Source of the DNA: Macrostomum lignano
Lineage: Eukaryota
NCBI GenBank assembly: GCA_002269645.1
Contig: NIVC01003638.1
Span: 22,320 to 86,319 of the forward strand
Reading direction: 5' to 3'
DNA length: 64,000 nt
Shown here: one piece after another, positions 27,101-37,900 of the stretch
Position numbering within the stretch: position 1 is the stretch's first letter
How the letters are laid out: each line of letters opens with the position of its first letter
Made by a program: the position numbers and the translations under genes
The notes under the pieces: generated by a model
Seen by the model: the letters and a program-made list of their open reading frames with translations, nothing else
Database searches by the model: none
Told to the model about the DNA's origin: nothing

Positions 27101-30100
27101 ATGTGATGTCTCTGATACCCAATATGACGTCTCTGACACCCAATATGACGTCTCTGACACCCAATGTGATGTCTCTGACACCCAACAGGACGTCTCTGAC
27201 ACCCAACAGGACGTCTCTGACACCCAATGTGATGTCTCTGACACCCAATATGACGTCTCTGACACCCAATGTGATGTCTCTGACACCCAATATGACGTCT
27301 CTGACACCCAATGTGATGTCTCTGACACCCAACAGGACGTCTCTGACACCCAATGTGATGTCTCTGACACCCAAAGTGATGTCTCTGATACCCAATATGA
27401 CGTCTCTGACACCCAATATGACGTCTCTGACACCCAATGTGATGTCTCTGACACCCAACAGGACGTCTCTGACACCCAATGTGATGTCTCTGATACCCAA
27501 TGTGACGTCTCTGACACCCAATGTGATGTCTCTGACACCCAAAGTGATGTCTCTGATACCCAATATGACGTCTCTGACACCCAATGTGATGTCTCTGATA
27601 CCCAACAGGACGTCTCTGACACCCAATGCGATGTCTCTGACACCCAACAGGACGTCTCTGACACCCAATATGACGTCTCTGACACCCAATATGACGTCTC
27701 TGACACCCAATGTGATGTCTCTGACACCCAACAGGACGTCTCTGACACCCAACAGGACGTCTCTGACACCCAATATGACGTCTCTGACACCCAACAGGAC
27801 GTCTCTGACACCCAATGTGATGTCTCTGATACCCAATGTGACGTCTCTGACACCCAATGTGATGTCTCTGATACCCAATGTGACGTCTCTGACACCCAAC
27901 AGGACGTCTCTGATACCCAACAGGACGTCTCTGACACCCAACAGGACGTCTCTGACACCCAATATGACGTCTCTGACACCCAATATGACGTCTCTGACAC
28001 CCAATGTGATGTCTCTGATACCCAATGTGACGTCTCTGACACCCAATGTGATGTCTCTGATACCCAACAGGACGTCTCTGACACCCAATGTGATGTCTCT
28101 GATACCCAACAGGACGTCTCTGACACCCAATGCGATGTCTCTGATACCCAACAGGACGTCTCTGACACCCAATATGACGTCTCTGACACCCAATATGACG
28201 TCTCTGACACCCAATGTGATGTCTCTGACACCCAACAGGACGTCTCTGACACCCAACAGGACGTCTCTGACACCCAATATGACGTCTCTGACACCCAATG
28301 TGATGTCTCTGATACCCAATGTGACGTCTCTGACACCCAATGTGATGTCTCTGATACCCAACAGGACGTCTCTGACACCCAATGTGATGTCTCTGACACC
28401 CAATGTGATGTCTCTGACACCCAAAGTGATGTCTCTGATACCCAATATGACGTCTCTGACACCCAATATGACGTCTCTGACACCCAATGTGATGTCTTTG
28501 ACACCCAACAGGACGTCTCTGACACCCAATGTGATGTCTCTGATACCCAATGTGACGTCTCTGACACCCAATGTGATGTCTCTGATACCCAACAGGACGT
28601 CTCTGACACCCAATGTGATGTCTCTGACACCCAACAGGACGTCTCTGACACCCAATGTGACGTCTCTGATACCCAATATGACGTCTCTGACACCCAATAT
28701 GACGTCTCTGACACCCAACAGGACGTCTCTGACACCCAATGTGATGTCTCTGACACCCAATATGATGTCTCTGACACTCAATATGACGTCTCTGACACCC
28801 AATATGACGTCTCTGACACCCAATATGACGTCTCTGACACCCAACAGGACGTCTCTGACACCCAATGTGATGTCTCTGACACCCAATATGATGTCTCTGA
28901 CACCCAATATGACGTCTCTGACACCCAATATGACGTCTCTGACACCCAATGTGATGTCTCTGACACCCAATGTGATGTCTCTGACACCCAACAGGACGTC
29001 TCTGACACCCAATGTGATGTCTCTGACACCCAAAGTGATGTCTCTGATACCCAATATGACGTCTCTGACACCCAATATGACGTCTCTGACACCCAATGTG
29101 ATGTCTCTGACACCCAACAGGACGTCTCTGACACCCAATGTGATGTCTCTGATACCCAATGTGACGTCTCTGACACCCAATGTGATGTCTCTGACACCCA
29201 AAGTGATGTCTCTGATACCCAATATGACGTCTCTGACACCCAATATGACGTCTCTGACACCCAATGTGATGTCTCTGACACCCAACAGGACGTCTCTGAC
29301 ACCCAATGTGATGTCTCTGATACCCAATGTGACGTCTCTGACACCCAATGTGATGTCTCTGATACCCAACAGGACGTCTCTGACACCCAATATGACGTCT
29401 CTGACACCCAATGTGATGTCTCTGATACCCAATGTGACGTCTCTGACACCCAATGTGATGTCTCTGATACCCAACAGGACGTCTCTGACACCCAATGTGA
29501 TGTCTCTGATACCCAATGTGACGTCTCTGACACCCAATGTGATGTCTCTGATACCCAACAGGACGTCTCTGACACCCAATGTGATGTCTCTGACACCCAA
29601 TGTGATGTCTCTGACACCCAACATGGCGCCTCTGACACTCAAATGGCGTCTCTGTAACATTTAAAACCACCTGTAGCATTTGCTACCAATAGGCAGCTGT
29701 GCACCCCATGAGTATCCTTGTCCACCGCCCTATATGACCCCATGCTATAGCTCCAATTGGTGTACTGCTCTTGTACATTTGCTCGCATCTGGAATCGAGA
29801 CGGCTTACGAAACTTACCCTTCGTCAAGTTCTAACTCTCTGTATTGCTTCTCTCCCCGTTGGATCTTCTACGCAGAATAAACAGCCCCCCCCCCCTGGAA
29901 ATTGAAGGCCATGCACGCGCTCTTCGTGGCCTTTTTCAGTGGTACCCCCTACCGTTGGCGCTTCCAAACAAATGTCAAAGCCCGCCTCTGTATCCATGTG
30001 GAACTTGGGGGGTCGTTCTTTGCCGGTGGAAATGTCAAGGGGGCCCCGACTAGAGATCGAAGTTGGTCCAACCTCTTGTAGCTTGTAATCCGACTGTAAG

Positions 30101-31210
30101 CACGGGCTAGGGGGAATGGATCTATTCCTCTGCGGCCACCACCCCACCCACTCTCAAGCATGCGGCGTCAGTTGCTGCTGGGAAGCCTCATCTCTCTTGC
30201 ATGCATATGCATTTGGCATTTGGCTGGCTGCATGGATCAACAGGCCTTTCCACCCCACCCCTGCAGATCCCCGGGCCTCTCTAGTGGCAGCCATTTCGCA
30301 AAGTTGACCTGACATTTCGCCCAGTGCGGTCTGCGCGGCGAGCCGCTGAAGTTCGGTTGGTTTATGGGAGATCAGCAGCTTCCAAGTCTGCATATCGAGT
30401 GCAGCTCTTCCTTGTTGAAAACCCTGAACAGGTTTTGAGTTAGCAGAGTGTACACGACTGACGATTAGAAAGTCAGGGCCGCTGTACACCCTGCGTGAGC
30501 TCAGGAGTCAGCGGAATGGGCAGAATTGCCGTTGCGGTGTCCTGGAATTTTTACTTTCATATAGACCGCATGAAGTTGCCACTCCTGACTTCAGTTCCTG
30601 GATCTCCCTGGTCAGTCAGTCGGACGAAATGACGCACGCAGCTGCTGGGAAGTTAAGAATGCAAAGTGGGACAGGAGTTTTATGAAGACATTTTCTTTTC
30701 TAAGAGAGCTAGAAAAAGGTAAAATTGCGCAAAAAGAGAAACCCAAATCGTCTTGTCTTGACTTGGGGCTCGCTGTTGTTTGTTTTCACATCCTTCAAGA
30801 GGCCAATGGGTACACTTGTTGCTGCGCAAATTTCTTCTTCTGCAAAAGACACGTCGATTGCTTATTCTGCAAAGGAAAATTTCTCATGCTCAGATTGAGT
30901 TTGATAGGTTTTTTATTCGATTCCAAGGAGATTCTCAGACCAGAAATCAATGTCAATGGTAGATTCGGCAGTGCTTCAAGACCCATTATCCAATTTTTGT
31001 TCAACGAAATATAAAAATTTACTGAACTTGCAGAAGTTTCCAGAGCGAGAAGCATTTGCCCAACACAGCTGGCATACCTACAGAATGTCGGAACATTTCG
31101 GAAATGTCACCACCGCCCCCAGATCCTCCCTGGATCCCGCTGTGGCCCTCTATCAGCAAATCGATGCAATATTTGCCGCAGCAGTCCAAGTGTTTCTGCA
31201 GCCCCTTCAT
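24143..31210 (-). CDS. Putative orphan multi-exon gene, divergent from myosin (product not recognised)
   Basis: Phase-compatible chain of candidate exons with GT-AG sites: 30423-30259, 30093-29953, 29867-29818, 25200-25134, 24903-24800, then a possible micro-exon near 24266-24246 and a stop near 24143. A possible first exon is 31210-31078. No family motif recognised; such chains can arise by chance. Confidence 0.35.
24278..24775. repeat. Degenerate minisatellite, ~30-nt unit GAAGATTGGGATTGTGAAGCTGG(G/T)GGTTGT
   Basis: Visible tandem array built from ~15-nt GATTG/GAAG sub-repeats. Confidence 0.9.
25201..29652. repeat. Large minisatellite, 21-nt unit GTCTCTGA(C/T)ACCCAA(TGTGAT/TATGAC/CAGGAC), ~210 copies
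   Basis: 4.45-kb array with no frame-breaking indels; source of the ~1500-aa ORFs on both strands. Confidence 0.98.
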
Positions 31211-31499
31211 TCCTCCCCTCTCCTTTCTCCCCTTCTCTCACCTCTCTCTTGAAATCCCTGTTTTGAAAACTTGGCCACCGACCTCAGTTGGGGAAATTCA
31301 ATTGGCCTTGGCCTTTACCGCCGTGGGCCTCGGTGTCTATCGCACTGATCGATAAACTTTCACAGCCCCCATCAACAGCCCCGCCTCCTCCCCACGGAAC
31401 CGTCAATAAAAGCGAGCGGCGTCGGGCGCGCCCAAGGATCTCTTCGCCTGCCAGAGACGGCGCGTGCGGACCCGGAACTGCTTCGCTCTTCTACACACT

Positions 31500-31944
31500 T
31501 TTAATAGGACTTGCCACTTTTTCTTTCACTAGACTGAGATTTCAATTTCATTTGCTTTTGTTTTAATTCGTCACTATAAGGTAAGGCCGGCTTAGAACTC
31601 TTGAAATGTTTCTTATCATTACAATGTCCAGGTGCAGGCATTAGTGCCCGTGTGCAGGTGTAAGATTTTACCTGCACACAATGTCCCAGGTGCAGGTGTT
31701 ATCCCAATGTCCCAGTTGCATGCTTTATCCCAATGTCCCAGGTGCAGGTGTTATCCCAATGTCCCAGTTGCAGGTGTTATCCCAATGTCCCAGGTGCAGG
31801 TGTTATCCCAATGTCCCAGGTGCAGGTGTTATCCCAATGTCCCAGTTGCATGCTTTATCCCAATGTCCCAGGTGCAGGTGTTATCGACAATTTCAGTTGT
31901 ATACGTATCTCGTGAAATCTTATCATTGGCATCTTCAACAGCAG
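31500..31944 (+). other. Probable non-coding 5'-UTR exon end and first intron of the myosin gene
   Basis: Strong donor AAG|GTAAGG at 31580/31581 and acceptor TCAACAG(CAG) at 31941-31944, ~33 nt before the ATG at 31977. The transcription start is not determinable; the 31500 start coordinate is arbitrary. Confidence 0.55.
31624..31885. repeat. Minisatellite, 26-nt unit AATGTCCCAGGTGCAGGTGTTATCCC, myosin 5'-UTR intron
   Basis: Visible tandem array, ~9 units. Confidence 0.92.
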
Positions 31945-31976
31945 CTCACACCTGTCCCGCAATCCCCAATCCAGAC

Positions 31977-34900
31977 ATGTCCGGACTAGACCCCAAGGAT
32001 CCGGACTTCAAGTACCTCGGCGTGGACCGGAAGGCCCTGCTGAAGGAGATCGGCAATGCCACCTTCGACTCCAAGAAGGTCTGCTGGTGCCCGGACGAGA
32101 AGGAGGGCTACGTAAAGGCGGACGTGATCTCCAGGGAGGGCGGAAAAGTCACCGTCAAGACTGAGAAGGGCGAGGCAAGCTTAACGGATATTCTTTTTTG
32201 GTGATCATTAAATTTATAACTAAAGGTAGTTTGCTTAACTTTTGAAGCGTCACCAAATTCTAGGAGAAGACCCTGAAGGAGGACGACATCCAGCAGATGA
32301 ACCCGCCCAAGTTCGAGCTCTTCGAGGACATGGCCAACTTGACCTTCCTGAACGACGCTTCGGTGCTGCACAACCTTCGGCAGCGCTACTACAAACTGCT
32401 CATCTACGTGGGTTCACTAAATTTAAATTTAAAATCGAAAGCAAAATGTCAAGAAAAAAGTCAAGAAAAGAGCAGTTTTACATGTACAAAAAAGACAAAA
32501 TACAAAATTTCAATAAGACTAATAAGTGAATCCACAAAGATGCTTCAGTCTCCAGTTGACTCGCTTTGACTCAACTTTGATTGCAGACCTACTCGGGCCT
32601 GTTCTGCGTAGTGGTGAACCCCTACAAGCGCCTGCCGATCTACACCAACAGCGTGGTGATGAAGTACAAGGGCAAGCGGAAGACCGAGATGCCGCCGCAC
32701 GCCTTCGCCATCTCTGACAACGCCTATTCGAACATGTTGCAGGGTGAGATAAAACAAAATTTCCGGCTTTTACTATTTAACGAATCATTGCGGGGTTTGA
32801 ATTTTAACAAAAAATGTCTCTTATTCCAGAGCGCGAGAACCAGTCTGTGCTGATCACGTAAGAATTTTTTGTTTTAATTTAACTTGGACCTAATACGACA
32901 AATCTCTTTAATTTTATATTTAACAGAAATTTCAATACGTTTTTATTTGGTTTTCCGCTTGAAACTCGATAGCTATCAGATTTAATAATTAGCTTTGCGT
33001 TCGCCAAACAATGCTTATATTTACCGTGTATACCATGAGAAGTAGTTCATTGCTACTGCAAAATTAGTAGTGCTTATTAATTGCTGTTCAGCATGGCGCA
33101 TTTGTGGCCTCCTTGTTAGACAAGAGAACACATTATTTTGTGCCATCTATTTGTGACGCCAAAAAACCGCACACACTAAACCAGTGGCGAGAGCGGTGCC
33201 GGTAAAACCGAGAACACCAAGAAGGTCATCTCGTACTTTGCCCAACTGACGGCTCTCACTCAGTCCAAGGAAGCCACTGAGAAGGACGCTGACAAGAAGG
33301 TTTGAAGCAAAAACTGAGAAGACGAAAATTGGTCCTTGCCCATCGCGTTTCGAGAACCCTGATTTCCATCCCTTGTTTTCAATCTATTTGAATTGTATTG
33401 TCAAACCAGCGCATGCTAGGAACATTTACCATATACACTATGAAGGCTAGAGGGAGAGAGGGCACTAGAGATGGTAAGGGGACAGAGATAATGATATTTG
33501 ACCGGCAATGTACACTTGGGAGGGTAGGGATAGAGAGAACGATCTTTGACCGGCAATGTACACTTGGGAGGGTAGGTGATAGAGAGAACGATCTTTGATC
33601 GGCAATGTACACTTGGGAGGGTAGGGGATAGAGAGAACGATCTTTGACCGGCAATGTACACTTGGGAGGGTAGGGGATAGAGAGAACGATCTTTGACCGG
33701 CAATGTACACTTGGGAGGGTAGGGGATAGAGAGAACGATCTTTGACCGGCAATGTACACTTGGGAGGGTAGGGATAGAGAGAACGATCTTTGACCGGCAA
33801 TGTACACTTGGGAGGGTAGGGGATAGAGAGAACGATCTTTGACCGGCAATGTACACTTGGGAGGGTAGGGGATAGAGAGAACGATCTTTGACCGGCAATG
33901 TACACTTGGGAGGGTAGGGGATAGAGAGAACTATCTTTGACCGGCAATGTACACTTGGGAGGGTAGGGGATAGAGAGAACGATCTTTGACCGGCAATGTA
34001 CACTTGGGAGGGCAGAGAGAATAGATATTTAATTGAAGCTTGGGCCAACTATAGTAGAGAGCCAGATAGCTAGTGGCTATCTGAAAGGAAAAAATAAAGT
34101 AATTACATGTAGCTCGATGCTCATAGTACGAGAATTTTCGGACCATGAGACGTATTAGACCTATTTAGCACCTTTCTAAATAAGTAAATAATATTGATTG
34201 AGTAAGCAGCAGCCTTAATCATACCAAACCCTGGTTTTATTTTTATCCTTGACTATTCTGAAGCTACGTGTATTTTTTCTAAACCCTTAAATCAAACCTT
34301 GACTATACTCGTATGTACGAGCGTAACTGGTGCTGCAGGGATGTGTTTTAACTTGTCTCATACTGATTTGTGCAACATTCCTAAAATCAGAGACCTTTCG
34401 GAACTTTTCATGACGAAATTTCGAAATGAAAATCTGACCTTTTTACTAAAGTTTTTTTTACCCGATATTTAAACCAAATTATCTGCATGCCAAATTTAAC
34501 ACAGTTTGATGATTAATTGACCAACCATGAGTCAGGTTTTGCATAGCTCTACCATCCTCTTCCGACGAATCTCCAGGGCAGCCTAGAGGAGCAGATTGTA
34601 CAGGCCAATCCGGTGCTGGAGGCCTACGGCAATGCCAAGACGGTCAGGAACAACAACTCGTCCCGTTTCGTAAGTTGAGTTGACAACTGTTAGTCAGTTG
34701 GTTGGCTTTGCGATCTTAACTCAAGCTAATGTCCGCCATCTCTGCAGGGAAAATTTATTCGAATCCACTTCGGCCCAACCGGCAAGATCGCTGGTGCCGA
34801 CATCGAATTCTGTGAGTAGCTATAAATCATAAATCAATCAGAAATCATAAATACCACAGCGTTTCTCATATTTTTTCCCAACGGGCCAATCTCGCCATGC

Positions 34901-37900
34901 AGACCTGCTGGAGAAGTCGCGCGTCACCTCGCAGATGTCCGGCGAGCGCAACTACCACATCTTCTACCAGCTGCTGTCCGACTACGCCAAGCAGTGGCAC
35001 GACAAGCTGCTGGTCACTTCCGACCCGGCTCTGTACTCCTTCATCAACCAGGGCGAGCTGTCCATCGACGGAGTCGATGACGCCGAGGAGATGAAGCTCA
35101 CTGACGAGGCCATCAACATCCTGGGCTTCTCGAACGACGAGAAGAACGGCATGTTCAAGGCCACCTGCGCCGTCATGAACATGGGCGAGATGAAATTCAA
35201 GCAGAGACCGCGCGAGGAGCAGGCCGAATCCGACGGCACCGCCGAGGCTGAGAAGGTGGCCTTCCTGCTGGGCGTGAACGCCAAGGACTTGCTGCAGGCG
35301 ATCCTCAAGCCCAAGGTGAAGGTCGGCAACGACTACGTGACCAAGGGCCAGAGCCTGGAGCAGGTGACGTTCTCCGTGAATGCCTTGGCCAAGTCGTTGT
35401 ACAGCCGCATGTTCGCCTGGCTGGTCAACCGCGTCAACCAGACCCTGGACACCAAGGCCAAGCGTCAGTACTTCATCGGTGTGCTGGACATTGCCGGCTT
35501 TGAGATCTTCGACTTCAACGGCTTCGAGCAGATCTGCATCAACTACACCAACGAGCGGCTGCAGCAGTTCTTCAACCACCACATGTTCGTGCTGGAGCAG
35601 GAGGAGTACAAGAAAGAGGCCATCGACTGGGAATTCATCGACTTCGGCATGGATCTTGCCGCCTGCATCGAGCTGATTGAGAAACCCATGGGCATCCTGT
35701 CCATCCTTGAGGAAGAGTGCATGTTCCCCAAGGCCTCGGACACCACCTTCAAAAACAAGCTGTACGACAACCACCTTGGCAAGTCGCCGAACTTCGGCAA
35801 GCCGAAGCCGCCGAAGCCTGGAAAGGCCGAGGCGCACTTTGAGCTGCACCACTACGCCGGCACGGTCGGCTACAATATCACCGGCTGGCTGGAGCGCAAC
35901 AAGGACCCGCTGAACGAGACTGTCATCGGTGTGCTCAGCGCTAGCAAGGAGCACCTGGTTGCTCTGTTCTTCCCGCCGCCGGATGGTGTGTAAATCTTAT
36001 ATACTAAATTTATCTGCTAGAATTCGGTGAACGTGTGGTAGTGAAAATAAATTATCTCGTTTTACTTTCAGAGGGTGCGGAAAAGGCCGGCAAGAAGCGC
36101 AAGGGAGGCGGCATGCAGACCATCTCCGCTACTCACCGCGTAAGTTGTTGTTATTGCCGTGTCTCTTCAACTATTTGAAGCCATGATTTTTCATTTACGC
36201 AGCATGTGTAACTCCATGCTTTTCTATTGAATCGCCCACTTGTAGGAGTCTCTGAACAAGCTGATGAAGAACTTGCACAGCACCTCGCCCAACTTCATTC
36301 GTTGCATCGTGCCGAACGAGTTCAAGCAGACCGGCGTTGTCGACGCTCACCTCGTGCTGCACCAGCTGCACTGCAACGGTGTGCTCGAGGGCATCCGTAT
36401 CTGCCGAAAGGGCTTCCCCAACCGCATGATCTACTCCGAGTTCAAGCAGCGGTGAGCAATCGTTAATTACCTATCAATCCCATATGATTACCTATCAATG
36501 CTTTGGTCATTGGAATGAACATCAAATTCCACCCAGATACTCCATCCTGGCCCCCAACGTCATCCCGGAGGGCTTCGTCGATGGCAAGGCCGTCGGTGGC
36601 AAGATCCTGGAGGCCGTGCAGCTGGACAAGCAGCAGTACCGCCTTGGCAACACCAAGATTTTCTTCAAGGCCGGTGTGCTGGCCGAGCTCGAGGACATCC
36701 GCGACGAGAAGCTGAGCCGCATCATCGCACTGTTCCAGGCCCAGATCCGCGGCTACGTGATGCGCAAGAAGCACAAGAAGCTGCAGGACCAGCGCACCGC
36801 TCTCAGCATCATCCAGCGCAACGTGCGCAAGCATCTGCAGCTGAAGAACTGGGAGTGGTGGCGCCTGTACCTCAAGGTGAAGCCGATGCTCAACGTTGCC
36901 CGCCAGGAGGAGGAGATGAAGAAGGCCGCCGAGGAGCTCGCCAAGTTCAAGGAGGACTACGAGAAGATGGAGAAGCTGAAGAAAGAGCTCGAGGAGCAGA
37001 ACGTGACTCTGCTTCAGCAGAAGAACGACATCTTCCTGCAGCTGCAGGCTGAGCAGGACACCCTGGCCGACGCCGAGGAGAAGATCGAGAATCTCATCAA
37101 GCAGAAGGCCGACTATGAGTCGCAGATCAAGGAGCTAGAAGACCGCCTGCTGGACGAGGAGGACGCCGCCAACGAGCTTGAGGGCGTCAAGAAGAAGATG
37201 GAGGGCGAGACCAACGAGCTAAAGAAGAACATCGAGGACCTGGAGAAGAACCTGCAGAAGGCCGAGCAGGAGAAGCAGAGCAAAGAGAACCAGATCCGCA
37301 GCCTGCAGGATGACATGGCCCGCCAGGACGAGTCCATAGCCAAGCTGCAGAAGGAGAAGAAGGCCCACGAGGAGACCATCAAGCAGACCCAGGAGGCTCT
37401 GGCCGCCGAGGAGGAGAAGGTGAAGAACCTGAACAAGCTGAAGCAGAAGCTGGAGCAGAACCTGGATGAGATGGAGGAGCAGCTGGAGCGGGAGAAGAAG
37501 GTCCGCGCCGACGTTGAGAAGGCGAAGCGCAAGATCGAAGGCGACCTGAAGATGACTCAGGAGACCGTCGAGGACCTGGAGCGGGTGAAGCGCGACATGG
37601 AGGAGCAGATCAAGAGGAAGGACGCCGAGCTGAGCAGCCTGCACAACAAGGTCGAGGATGAGCAGGGCATCATCGCCCAGCTGCAGCGCAAGATCAAGGA
37701 GCTGCAGGCTCGCATCCAGGAGCTGGAGGAGGAGCTGGAGACCGAGCGTCAGGGGCGCTCAAAGGCTGAGAAGCAGCGCCAGCAGGTCGAGGCTGAGCTC
37801 GAGGACGTCGCCGACAAGCTGGAGGAGCAGGGCGGCGCCACTGTCGTTCAGCAGGAGTTGAACAAGAAGCGCGAGGCCGAACTGCTCAAGCTGCGCCGCG

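Noticed and set aside
25054-29679. 1500-aa ORFs on both strands as pentapeptide-repeat, antifreeze or mucin-like proteins
   Set aside because: A 21-nt unit without stops is open in several frames by construction; no signal peptide or non-repetitive domain. Kept only as a low-probability note in the findings.
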